A stretch of 64,000 nucleotides of DNA from Bryobacteraceae bacterium (GCA_051003475.1 JBPCLH010000070.1:9636-73635), one strand, 5' to 3'; positions 55,319-64,000 are shown, counted from the stretch's first letter. Notes: generated from the sequence alone by a model not told the origin. Numbers and translations: made by a program.

Positions 55319-56126
55319 CCCGGTTGCGCTGTACTTCGTGAATCAAGGCAGCAATTCGCGACCGCCGCTTGAGCAATCTCTCCAACAAATCCTCCAGCGG
55401 CGCTTCGTCATCTTGCAGCCAGTCCCGCGGAATTTCCTTCCAGGCGGAATCGACGACTTCGAGCGGAAAATTTTCGACCATGGCGATCCAGGGCTGGAAC
55501 GAGTCGAGCGAACGGACTTCGTCATATACGGCAGTTCGGAAGTATAGCCCCTGAAGGTGAGAATCCTGGAACTCCCAATGCGGGCCGTTGAACGCGAACC
55601 CATGATCAATCATCTGAGCAAAAAAGCCAATCCGCGCTGGCGCCTCGCCTTTCAAGGGTGTCCAGGTCTTGGCCCGGGCCCGGAAAAAAATGGCTTGCCG
55701 CGAATCGGCGTTAGCGACCCATTTGTCGAAGACCAGCGCTCCCAGGAATTCGACGCGATTTTCAATTTTGCTTAGAAGCTTGTCTGGTAAAAAATCGAAG
55801 ACGGCTACGCGATCCGGGTGTACCGCGAGCCGTGAACCGAAGTGCAGCCCGGGCAAAACCGGTTCACGACGCGGACCGATTGACAGATAGAGGTCGGGGT
55901 TGCTCCCGATGAATTCGCGCGTTAGTTCGATAACGGCGGTATCTGGCACATGAATCTGCAAGTACCGCAGAAATGAGCACGCCAGCCATTCGTTGATCAG
56001 TATTCGGCGATGTTGCGGATTGTTGGTGAATTTGACGACGTAAAACGCGCCATCCTCTGCCTCCACTAAATGAGCTTGGGCGCCACCTCGCATCTTTCGA
56101 ATCAGACTACGCGCGCGGACGGGCAT
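55293..56126 (-). CDS. HipA-like / PI3-4-kinase-fold protein kinase family protein
   Basis: 277 aa. Contains RGGAQAHLVEAEDGAFYVVKFTNNPQHRRILINEWL, FDKWVANADSRQ (catalytic-loop-like) and IDHGFAF (DxG-like). The 3' end overlaps the convergent oxidoreductase by 26 nt. Confidence 0.55.
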   Translation of the reverse strand: MPVRARSLIRKMRGGAQAHLVEAEDGAFYVVKFTNNPQHRRILINEWLACSFLRYLQIHVPDTAVIELTREFIGSNPDLYLSIGPRREPVLPGLHFGSRLAVHPDRVAVFDFLPDKLLSKIENRVEFLGALVFDKWVANADSRQAIFFRARAKTWTPLKGEAPARIGFFAQMIDHGFAFNGPHWEFQDSHLQGLYFRTAVYDEVRSLDSFQPWIAMVENFPLEVVDSAWKEIPRDWLQDDEAPLEDLLERLLKRRSRIAALIHEVQRNRATAFANWR

Positions 56127-56192
56127 GAACCGAGGCTAATGAGAGAATCAGGCTAGATCTTAGTCTGCACCACAAGGAGCACAACGCAAAGC

Positions 56193-56411
56193 ATGGCTGA
56201 ACCGAGTTCAGAAAGGGAATCGCCGAGACAAAGCCCCGACGAGGTGGCGCTCGAATTAATGAAGTTCATCGCGGTAACAACCAGCTACGGAAAGGGCACG
56301 ACCACAACAGGATTCGGAAGCAAGGGTCCCCGCACAAGCGAGGAGTACGCAGACTCCCTGATCGAGCTTTTCGAACGGTGTCGCTCGGTCCTGCGCAAAG
56401 AGCCCCAGTAA
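56193..56411 (+). CDS. Small hypothetical protein
   Basis: 72-aa ORF with balanced composition (…VALELMKFIAVTTSYGKG…LIELFERCRSVL). I recognised no family. Confidence 0.35.
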   Translation: MAEPSSERESPRQSPDEVALELMKFIAVTTSYGKGTTTTGFGSKGPRTSEEYADSLIELFERCRSVLRKEPQ

Positions 56412-56483
56412 GTTCCAAACGGGAAGCAAAGGACGCCGTTCTCGAACGCCCCGTAGGACACCCGTTTTCTACAACCGTCCTAC

Positions 56484-57101
56484 TTACCTTCTTCTCTTTG
56501 CCGCTTTTTTGCCGCCTGCGCTCTTCGCGCCAGCTTTCCGGGGCGAGGCTTTCTTTGCCGAGCTCTTCTTGGCGGAGCTTTTCCTCGCCGAGCTTTTCTG
56601 AGCGGGTTTGTGCCCCGTTTTTTTAGCGGACCTGCTGGATTTCACTTTCCTTGCCGAAGTGCTCTTCTTCGATGCGCTCCGCTTCTTTGCTACTGCGGCT
56701 TTCTTCAGAGGCGCAGGTCTCTTGGCCTCGGCCTTCTTCGGTGCCGCGCCTTTCGCAGCTGCCTTCCTAGGTGCGCTCTTTTTTGCGGCTGTGCGATTTT
56801 CTTGAATGATCTCCGCTCCGCCTACGTCCTCGGTCGTGACATCAGCCGTGTCCGAGCCAGAACCCGTAGCATGAGTACCCGTTTCCTTTTGTTCGGGGCC
56901 GGCTGCATCTCTGTTTTCCGCTGATGCAGCATCGTGTTTTGCTGCTCTTTTGGTAGGCTTGGCCGCCGGGGACACTTCCTCTTCATCCTCGTCCTCGTCG
57001 TCATCGTATTCGTCTTTGTCTGACTCCAGTTCTACGTGCTCATCTTCGTAGTCGAAGTCGTCATTTTCATCATCTGGACTAAGCCAGTACACCAAGCTCA
57101 T
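56484..57101 (-). CDS. Charge-bipolar protein: acidic N-terminal segment plus an Ala/Lys/Ser/Pro-rich histone-H1-like basic tail
   Basis: 205 aa. N-terminus DDENDDFDYEDEHVELESDKDEYDDDEDEDEEE. C-terminal ~110 aa of AAKK/SAKK/PRKA repeats ending KKAAKRRR. Confidence 0.65.
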   Translation of the reverse strand: MSLVYWLSPDDENDDFDYEDEHVELESDKDEYDDDEDEDEEEVSPAAKPTKRAAKHDAASAENRDAAGPEQKETGTHATGSGSDTADVTTEDVGGAEIIQENRTAAKKSAPRKAAAKGAAPKKAEAKRPAPLKKAAVAKKRSASKKSTSARKVKSSRSAKKTGHKPAQKSSARKSSAKKSSAKKASPRKAGAKSAGGKKAAKRRR

Positions 57102-57243
57102 GCGCTTCTCCTTTACGCGACCTACTCACTATGCATCGAGATGATGCGAGAACGCAAATGATTTCACAACCAATGAGTCAACGGTGGGGTAAGTCGAAAA
57201 GTTCAGCGGAAAACGAGAGCTATACGGAATCGATGGAAATGGA

Positions 57244-58848
57244 CTATCTATTACTCTGATTGAAGGTGGCTGTCCTGACCGCCGCTTTACGGTGCAAAAC
57301 TTGCGACGGCACGCGATGACCAGCCGAACCCGGACCGCCGTGTTGCGTGGAAACGGATTTATTCGACCGTAACGCTGCAGACACACCTATTTTGCGATGG
57401 GTTCTCCAGGATCGACGATACCGGGGACGGGTTTCCTCGTGATAAATAGCGGGGATGAAAAGCATATCTCCCGATTCGAGTGAATCTGTAGCCTGGTTTA
57501 CCGCGATAATCCGCTCGGCCGGTAAATGGTAAGTTCTGGCGATCGTTTCGAGAGTATCGCCCCCTTGGACATGATGCAAACGCCAAGCTTGCCGATTTGC
57601 AGCAGGAACCGACTCGAGCGCGGCTTCCGCAACTTCAGCGGCGCCCTTCGGAACGTGAATCTGGAAGTTTGACGGAGCCAATATTCTCAGCAGAGACGGG
57701 TTCAGATCCTGAATCGTGGATAACGGCTGCATGGTCGCATCGGCAATCAGGTTCAGGTTCGTCGGCGCAGTCAATTGAATTGAATCATATTCAATGGGTG
57801 CATCGAGCTGAATGTCTTCCAAACCGTAGTCGTGCGGGTTCTTAGCCATGATCGTCATCGCGACAATAATGGGGACATAGCTGGCCGTTTCTTTGGGTAA
57901 TGCATGGCGCTTGAGCAACTCCCAATAGTCCGCATAGCCGGTCCGCTCGACGGCGCGATCCACCGCACCCGCGCCACAGTCATAAGCAGCAATCGCCAAG
58001 TACCAGTCGCCGTAACGGGCATACAGGTCCTTCAGGTGTTTGGCCGCCGCCCGAGTGGCCTTTTCCGGATCCAAGCGGTCATCGGACGTCGAAGTGCGCA
58101 CCAGGCTGTATTGCGCCCCGGTTCCGGCAATAAACTGCCACATGCCGACGGCCTGTTTGTTCGAGACAGCGCGCGGCAAGAAACCTGATTCAGCCTGCGC
58201 AACATAGAGCAATTCCTGCGGCACGCCCTCTTCGGCAAAGATGCGTTCAATGAGAGGCTTGTAGCGGCCAGAGCGGCGCAAACCAGCCAAAAGGATGTTA
58301 CGTCCGCGGTCGGTCGAAAAGAAATGTACAAAGCCCAAGACCGGGTCGGACAATTCGAGAGGTATCGCGGAAGCAGTCTGATTAAGCTCCGCTTTCAGCT
58401 TAGGCGCGAGATTCGGATCGATGCCGAACGTCATATGGCTGATCTCATCGATTGGCGCTTTATCGAAGGCCACGGCGTCCTCCATTTGGCCGGCGCCGAG
58501 CTTCTCAACGTCGAATCGGTAAATCAGATCGGCCATTTCCTCCAATCGCCGTTCGATTCGCTGGTGGTCCGGCAACGCTTCGGGAGCATTCAACAGAGCG
58601 TCTATGGCGGCGTCAAATTCCCGGCGAGCAGCGGTCAGATCGTCTTGGAAATAAAATTGCCGGCCCGCGTTGAAGTGCTTTTCGGCCTGAGCTAAGCAAT
58701 CGTCAGCTTCAGATGCATGGACTCTAACCGGTGCTGATTCGCTCGTCACGGCAGGATCTGCCGGTTCGGTATTGCCGCTCTGGGCTCTGCCTAGAGTGGC
58801 CGCAGCCAGGAGGACGAAGCCCATTAACATCGGGCGGGATCGCAGCAT
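57244..58848 (-). CDS. Membrane-bound lytic murein transglycosylase (MltD-like: SLT domain plus LysM)
   Basis: 534 aa. Signal peptide, SLT catalytic region LYVAQAESGFLPRAVSNKQAVGMWQF, and LysM HHVQGGDTLETIARTYHLPAERIIAVN. Confidence 0.85.
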   Translation of the reverse strand: MLRSRPMLMGFVLLAAATLGRAQSGNTEPADPAVTSESAPVRVHASEADDCLAQAEKHFNAGRQFYFQDDLTAARREFDAAIDALLNAPEALPDHQRIERRLEEMADLIYRFDVEKLGAGQMEDAVAFDKAPIDEISHMTFGIDPNLAPKLKAELNQTASAIPLELSDPVLGFVHFFSTDRGRNILLAGLRRSGRYKPLIERIFAEEGVPQELLYVAQAESGFLPRAVSNKQAVGMWQFIAGTGAQYSLVRTSTSDDRLDPEKATRAAAKHLKDLYARYGDWYLAIAAYDCGAGAVDRAVERTGYADYWELLKRHALPKETASYVPIIVAMTIMAKNPHDYGLEDIQLDAPIEYDSIQLTAPTNLNLIADATMQPLSTIQDLNPSLLRILAPSNFQIHVPKGAAEVAEAALESVPAANRQAWRLHHVQGGDTLETIARTYHLPAERIIAVNQATDSLESGDMLFIPAIYHEETRPRYRRSWRTHRKIGVSAALRSNKSVSTQHGGPGSAGHRVPSQVLHRKAAVRTATFNQSNR

Positions 58849-59135
58849 CGTTGAATAAACCGACTTAATGACTCAATGAAAGTATAGCGAAAGCATTACT
58901 CTAACGCAGCCTTGAAAATGGGGTCAAGCCGAAAACAACCGGCGAATCTGCGAATCAGATTCTCGCTCCTGCATGGAACATGCCGTAATCGGCTTGAAAC
59001 AGGTCGCGATGGTCCGAAAGCATAGACTTTGCCGGTCCGAACAGGTAACGCGGATTCCCCATAAACTTTGGAGGGGTACACTCTAGGGCGTGCTTTAGGG
59101 CATAGTGTTAAATTGCTTTAATGCTGCGGACGGCG

Positions 59136-59753
59136 TTAGCGCGCCGGAACGGGATGGAGTTCGCGGCTTGAAATAACGCGGTCAATCATGCCGTAATCGA
59201 GCGCGGCATCGGGTTCCAATATGTAATCACGATCCACATCGCGCGCAATCTTCTCGACCGGCTGACCTGTGGCATCAGCCAAAATCTCATTCAGAGATTG
59301 CCGCATGCGCAGAATTTCCCGGGCGTAGATATCAATGTCCGCAGCCTGTCCACCCAACCCGCTCATAGAGGGCTGGTGAATGAGTATGCGGGAATGCGGG
59401 AGGCTGAAGCGTTTGCCCTTGGTGCCGCAGGCCAGGAGGACGGCGGCCATAGAGGCAGCCTGGCCGACGCAATACGTTACGATGTCAGGCTCAACCAGTC
59501 GCATGGTATCCAGGATTGCGAGTCCAGCCGTAATCGAACCGCCTGGAGAGTTGAGATATAACGAGATATCTCGCTCCGGATCCTCTGCGGCCAGAAATAG
59601 CATCTGGGCGATAACCAGGTTCGCAACATTGTCGTCGATGGGCGTACCGAGAAAGATGATGTTTTCTTTCAGGAGTCGAGAGTAGATGTCATAGGCGCGT
59701 TCGCCTCGCGAGGTCTGCTCAACAACCATGGGCACGAGCACTGAATTGTTCAT
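59136..59753 (-). CDS. clpP: ATP-dependent Clp protease proteolytic subunit
   Basis: Contains [37 protein letters not shown] (catalytic Ser) and IHQP (His). I trimmed the start to the ATG at 59753 (MNNSVLVP). Confidence 0.93.
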   Translation of the reverse strand: MNNSVLVPMVVEQTSRGERAYDIYSRLLKENIIFLGTPIDDNVANLVIAQMLFLAAEDPERDISLYLNSPGGSITAGLAILDTMRLVEPDIVTYCVGQAASMAAVLLACGTKGKRFSLPHSRILIHQPSMSGLGGQAADIDIYAREILRMRQSLNEILADATGQPVEKIARDVDRDYILEPDAALDYGMIDRVISSRELHPVPAR

Positions 59754-60037
59754 GCAAGCTCCTTTACTCAAAAGGGTTCCGCATCCTGGGAAATTCCTTG
59801 GGTACACCTATTATAGAATTCGTTTTGTAACTCATGCGTTTTGTAGAAATATCCCGAGGTATTGACCGATGCGGGACCTCGCCTCATAGTAGAAGGCAGG
59901 ACTTCTTTCTCCATTTTCAGAATTAGTGCGGCAATGGAAGAGGAGTCGACCAAAAACCGGCTTTTCTCAGCGTGCGGCTAACTTTTTCGGCTGCAACGGA
60001 CGATTAGCTTCTTAGGGATGCGGAACCGGGTCGAAAA

Positions 60038-60994
60038 ATGAAAGTGCTGATAGCCGACGATAACGCCACCTCTCGCATCATGCTGCGGGGCGCACTGCTG
60101 CAATGGGGCTATGAAGTGGTAGTGGCGGAAAATGGCGCTCAGGCTTGGGATATCTTGGCCGAACCCGACTCGCCTCCACTCGCGATTCTCGACTGGGTTA
60201 TGCCGCATGTGACTGGTCCGGAAGTGTGCAGGCGGGTGCGCGAGACTCATCGCGAGCCTTACACATATATTCTGTTACTCACCTCAAAACACACCAAGGA
60301 TGAAACGGTGGAAGGACTGGAAGCGGGAGCGGACGACTATGTCGTCAAGCCCTTTGACCGGCACGAGTTGCAGGTACGCTTGCGCGCCGGGAAGCGCATC
60401 ATCGACTTGCAAATGGAGTTACTGAGAGCACGCGAGGAGCTGCGCGAGCGAGCCAACAAAGATCTTTTGACTATGTTGCCGAATCGCTCAGCGATTTCTG
60501 CGACGCTCGAGCAGGAACTCGCGCGCTGCCATCGCGACCTCCGAAGCGTTGGAGTCATTCTCCTCGACGTAGACCACTTCAAGAAAATCAACGACACCCA
60601 CGGCCATTTCGCGGGCGACGCCGTATTACGTGAGACGGCCGCGAGATTGCGCGCCAACATGCGGACCTACGACCAAGTGGGACGATATGGGGGCGAGGAA
60701 TTTCTTGTGGTGCTGCCGAATTGCGAACTTGAGCAGGCTGCCCACCAGGCAGAACGCATGCGCGCTAAATTGCAAGCAAGCACGATGATGGTTGACGGTA
60801 CCGAAATACGGGTATCGGCGAGTTTCGGAGTGACCGTTTCGGACGGCTCTGAGCGGAATCCCGACGCGTTTGTGAGAGTGGCAGACGAGGCGCTGTATCG
60901 GGCCAAAGCGAGCGGGCGGAACTGTGTCATGGCGTTAAGCGTACAGCAATCGGCTCACGTTCCGGTATTGCAACCCGCTAGTTCGAACGCATAG
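60038..60994 (+). CDS. Response regulator receiver fused to a GGDEF diguanylate cyclase
   Basis: 318 aa. REC domain (KVLIADDN..., phospho-acceptor in AILDWVMP, VVKPF), a coiled linker, then GGDEF with active-site GGEEF. An RxxD I-site (RTYD) sits 5 residues upstream of it. Confidence 0.9.
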   Translation: MKVLIADDNATSRIMLRGALLQWGYEVVVAENGAQAWDILAEPDSPPLAILDWVMPHVTGPEVCRRVRETHREPYTYILLLTSKHTKDETVEGLEAGADDYVVKPFDRHELQVRLRAGKRIIDLQMELLRAREELRERANKDLLTMLPNRSAISATLEQELARCHRDLRSVGVILLDVDHFKKINDTHGHFAGDAVLRETAARLRANMRTYDQVGRYGGEEFLVVLPNCELEQAAHQAERMRAKLQASTMMVDGTEIRVSASFGVTVSDGSERNPDAFVRVADEALYRAKASGRNCVMALSVQQSAHVPVLQPASSNA

Positions 60995-61019
60995 CATTGT
61001 TATACTGATCATCTGTGTT

Positions 61020-61096
61020 GCGCCCGTAGCTCAGCTGGATAGAGCGTCTGGCTACGAACCAGAAGGTCGGCAGTTCGAATCTGTCCGGGCGCACCA
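61020..61096 (+). tRNA. tRNA-Arg (anticodon ACG), CCA encoded
   Basis: GCGCCCGTAGCTCAGCTGGATAGAGCGTCTGGCTACGAACCAGAAGGTCGGCAGTTCGAATCTGTCCGGGCGCACCA. It forms a canonical cloverleaf with anticodon loop CT-ACG-AA. Confidence 0.93.
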
Positions 61097-61133
61097 GCTT
61101 AAGTTCGCGGGCATCCGCCGAGGTCGGACGCGG

Positions 61134-61162
61134 AAAAAAATCTCGGCCTAGGCCGATCCGCG
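61134..61162 (-). terminator. Candidate rho-independent terminator (minus strand)
   Basis: On the minus strand a GC-rich palindrome (tcggcctaggccga, extendable by cgcgga/tccgcg) is followed directly by a 7-T run (the A7 at 61134-61140 on the plus strand). It lies downstream of the DUF892/catalase genes and faces the tRNA. Confidence 0.4.
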
Positions 61163-61327
61163 ATGTGACAGAAACGCCATTCCTCTGCCGTTAGCCAGCA
61201 GCGGATTGCCTCGGTTTACAGCTTGCGGCTGCTCCATGGGCGTAAAATGTCTCGAATAATGAGCGTTCGTTCTCACGGCTTCGGCAGTGCGCCGAGTAAC
61301 CTTCACGATCGTCGGCGCACAACCGCA

Positions 61328-61894
61328 TCACCGTGTTTGCACAGAACTCAAATTCGGCTTCTTGCTCTCGCGCTTTCCGGTCTTCTTTCCGATCACATCT
61401 TTGTCATCCAATACGGCTTCCTGTAAGATCGGCGCCGAAATCGTAGTGAGCAGATGATCGGCGGCTTCTTCTTCACCAAACGTGTGGGTCAGCAGGTCAG
61501 CCACTTCCATTTCTCCAATCAGCCGGGCCAAACTGCGAACGTTGCCATATCCGGCGATTTCGTAGTGCTCCACCCTTTGAGCGGAAGCAACCAGTGCGAT
61601 GTCGGCGATCAAGCGATCTTTTTCGCCGCCCTCCTCAATAGTCTCCTTGCCCTCTTCAACCAAGCCCATCATGGCTTTGCAAGGCTTCGGCCGAGCTTCT
61701 TCTTCAAGTAGCTCGAAGACTTTCTTCAATCGCTCGACGTGCCCCTGCGTTTGAACCAAGTGCTTCTCGAACGCTTCCTTCAGCTTGGGGTGATTCGCCG
61801 CTTCCGCCATTTTAGGCAGTGCAGCGACGAGCTGCCCTTCCGCATGCAACAAATCCCGTAACTCGTCGACGAGTAGTTCTTTCATTTCTCCCAT
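61328..61894 (-). CDS. DUF892 ferritin-like stress protein (YciE/YciF family)
   Basis: 188 aa. Contains LLVDELRDLLHAEGQLVAALPKMAEAA..P.LKEAFEKHLVQTQGHVERL and a second half with VEHYEIAGYG. Confidence 0.85.
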   Translation of the reverse strand: MGEMKELLVDELRDLLHAEGQLVAALPKMAEAANHPKLKEAFEKHLVQTQGHVERLKKVFELLEEEARPKPCKAMMGLVEEGKETIEEGGEKDRLIADIALVASAQRVEHYEIAGYGNVRSLARLIGEMEVADLLTHTFGEEEAADHLLTTISAPILQEAVLDDKDVIGKKTGKRESKKPNLSSVQTR

Positions 61895-61908
61895 TGTGAT
61901 CTCCCTTG

Positions 61909-62688
61909 CTATCGCTTCGCTTTCCGCGCGCTTCCTTTTGCTCCAGATGTCGGCGTCCGCTCCCCAGTCGCTTCTGATTCCAAGGATTGGAACGCAGGAT
62001 TATCTACTTTCACCCAGTCTCCGCCCGTGTTCCATGGCCCCTCGGCATCTGTCTCGCCGCGGTCTCCTGTTCCGGTCGAATCATTGAAAAATTCATCCAC
62101 CAGGCCAGGCGTTGGCGGAATCGAACCAATTGAAAACGCCGGTTTGCCCATGCTTTCGAGCGCAGCTGAGAATGCCTTCATATGGGTGATTTCACGCGTC
62201 ATCAGGAACTGCAGCGCGTCAAGCGAACCTTGGTCATCCGTGAAATTCATCAACCGCTCGTATACGATTTTCGCCCGTGCCTCTGCGGCGATGTTGCTTC
62301 GCAAATCCACATCCAGTTCGCCGGTAATCTTCAAATAGTCCGCAGTCCACGGATCTCCCATGGAGTTGTAAAGGTTGACGCCGCCTCCTCCTGCAATGGC
62401 AATCAGAGGATCGGCATGGGCAGCGTGCCGATCGGATTTCGTCGGCTTCAGATGCATCCTGGCGAGAGTTCCAACCACTTCCAAATGGCTAAGCTCTTCT
62501 GTCCCGATATCCATCAGGAGATCCTTTCGTTCGGGATCGTCACAATTTAAGCCTTGAACAGAGTACTGCATGGCCGCTGCCAGCTCACCGTTTGCTCCAC
62601 CGAACTGCTCCAGAAGCATGTTTCCAAACTTCGGATCCGGTACCCCGATATTCACGGTGTACATGAGTTTTTTGATGTGATGGTACAT
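61909..62688 (-). CDS. Manganese catalase
   Basis: 259 aa. Contains LLEQFGGANGELAAAMQYSVQG and LMDIGTEELSHLEVVG, the di-Mn ligand motifs of Mn-catalases. The pairing with DUF892 resembles the enterobacterial yciGFE-katN arrangement. Confidence 0.88.
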   Translation of the reverse strand: MYHHIKKLMYTVNIGVPDPKFGNMLLEQFGGANGELAAAMQYSVQGLNCDDPERKDLLMDIGTEELSHLEVVGTLARMHLKPTKSDRHAAHADPLIAIAGGGGVNLYNSMGDPWTADYLKITGELDVDLRSNIAAEARAKIVYERLMNFTDDQGSLDALQFLMTREITHMKAFSAALESMGKPAFSIGSIPPTPGLVDEFFNDSTGTGDRGETDAEGPWNTGGDWVKVDNPAFQSLESEATGERTPTSGAKGSARKAKR

Positions 62689-62856
62689 GAGCCTCCAGTC
62701 TACTGAACGCCGGAATGAAAGGCTCCTGACAGTTTTGCGGGTTAGGTTTTTAAGGATCTGGCAAACTCATCGCCTTCTTCTCCGCGTCTTACTCAGAATT
62801 GTTAGTGGGCATTTTGCGCGGCCATTACCCAACCCCGAACGGCTACGATCATTGAA

Positions 62857-63329
62857 ATGGCATCAAGTCTTTCTGGTAGCCCGTCAATCCGCGAGGTGAC
62901 TCGGCAGGATTACAACCAATGGCTTCCCTTGTGGGACGGGTACAATGCATTCTATGGGCGCGCTGGTGCGACGGCGCTTTCGCCCGAAATCCGCGCATGA
63001 CCTGGGCCCGCTTCTTCGATTCATATGAGCCGGTTCATGCTCTTGTCGCTGAGAGCGACGGCCAATTGCTCGGTCTGACGCACTATCTCTTCCACCGCAG
63101 CACCATAGCGATCGAACCTTTCTTTTATTTGCAGGATTTGTTCACGAGCGAGGCGGCCCGCGGTAAAGGAGTCGGAAGGGCCCTGATTGATGGGGTGTAT
63201 GAGCGGGCCAAGCTTGCCGGGACACCTCGAGTGTACTGGCATACACACGAAACAAACCATACTGCTATGCAACTCTACGACAAGGTGGCCGAGCGCTCTG
63301 GATTTGTCGTTTATCGGAAACTGCTCTGA
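62857..63329 (+). pseudogene. GNAT N-acetyltransferase interrupted by a 1-nt frameshift (or a sequencing error)
   Basis: Frame A (ATG 62857 to TGA 62998-63000) encodes MASSLSGSPSIREVTRQDYNQWLPLWDGYNAFYGRAGATALSPEIRA*. The next frame continues from 62997 with MTWARFFDSYEPVHALVAESDGQLLGLTHYLFHRST...YLQDLFTSEAARGKGVGRALI...RVYWHTHETNHTAMQLYDKVAERSGFVVYRK. Together these read as one contiguous GNAT protein. Confidence 0.7.
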
Positions 63330-63706
63330 TTCATCGACAATACACCGATTAACTAACGTGTAATGCGCGGAGGACTGAAAATGCGTGATAGATCTTCCCT
63401 GACGGCGAAGGATAGAGTAATCTCTCTTCCTCCGCTTCCCGCCCCTACCTTACTTTCCGCTTCCCCTCAGGCGCACGCTTCCCCTCCGCCCGCGTCGCAC
63501 CCGGCGAGTTAATCTGAATCACCGGCATCAACGAGTTATTCTCCATGGGCCGCCGCGCCGCACGTTGCCAAAGCTCTTCATTCAGAGATTTCCCCTCACT
63601 TCACGCCGACTCCTGCCGGGTGAAACTGCGAAAATGGCATTCTGATATCGTTCAATTCTGTCCTTCCGCGTTAAAGAACGGCAGTCTGAGACAAGAAAAC
63701 GCAGAT

Positions 63707-64000
63707 ATGGAACGCATCGAGAAAACGGTTTTTATCAGCTATCGCCGCACCAACGCTTCCTGGGCGCTGGCGATCTTCCAAGACTTGAGGTACCACGGTT
63801 ATGACGTGTTCTTCGACTTTAATGGAATTGCTAGTGGTGACTTCGAGCGCAACATACTTCAAAACATCGGTGCTCGGGCGCATTTCCTTGTCCTGCTCAC
63901 GCCCTCCGCTCTCGAGCGTTGCGGCGACCCGGAAGACTGGTTGCGCTCGCGAGATCGAGGCTGCGCTTGAGCGAAAGCGCAATATCGTACCGTTGATGCT
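63707..64000 (+). pseudogene. TIR-domain protein gene, frameshifted near 63947 and truncated by the window end
   Basis: From ATG 63707: MERIEKTVFISYRRTNASWALAIFQDLRYHGYDVFFDFNGIASGDFERNILQNIGARAHFLVLLTPSALERCGDPEDWLR. The tracked frame then stops at 63968-70. The next frame, from 63948, reads REIEAALERKRNIVPLM..., which is the expected TIR continuation and stays open to the window end. Confidence 0.65.

Noticed and set aside
56608-56924. + strand ORFs (65 and 104 aa) opposite the H1-like gene
   Set aside because: They are antisense readings of a low-complexity Lys/Ala-coding repeat, giving Phe/Leu/Ala/Arg strings, and are not credible as proteins.

Overview
This is a 64 kb chromosomal segment, about 57-58% GC by eye. 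Its content looks Acidobacteria-like: a carboxypeptidase-regulatory-domain TonB receptor, a large TPR lipoprotein and a hopanoid operon. That taxonomic guess is inference only. Coding density is high and most genes are housekeeping:
- 5' end of proS, glyA, manA.
- A nine-gene, tightly coupled minus-strand hopanoid operon: ispH-shc-hpnH-hpnA-hpnG-[two Zn-dehydrogenases]-hpnC-hpnD.
- Lipid A genes: a fused waaA-lpxK, plus lpxD and lpxA head-to-head.
- comM, coaA, an amidase, mobA, rluB-scpB-scpA, a leuA(short)-leuB-leuC-leuD operon with a divergent LysR regulator, clpP, a REC-GGDEF regulator, and two tRNAs (Ala-GGC, Arg-ACG).

The accessory or unusual content is:
- (i) A translationally coupled McrB-like AAA+/McrC-like PD-(D/E)xK pair (44.6-47.6 kb) with a divergent ~225-aa N-terminal sensor domain, wedged between scpAB and the leu operon.
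- (ii) Two MDR Zn-dehydrogenases embedded by start/stop overlap inside the hopanoid operon. They are candidates for the still-unassigned side-chain reduction step.
- (iii) A stand-alone DUF4231/SLATT-like 2-TM protein with a small membrane partner.
- (iv) An HTTM-domain protein with a coupled partner.
- (v) A PilZ-J-domain fusion.
- (vi) A charge-bipolar, histone-H1-like protein.
- (vii) A tRNA-Arg-adjacent block (DUF892 + Mn-catalase, a frameshifted GNAT, a frameshifted TIR-domain gene running off the window).

I saw no CRISPR array, transposase, integrase or rRNA. All homology calls come from motif recognition by eye, and no database search was run.
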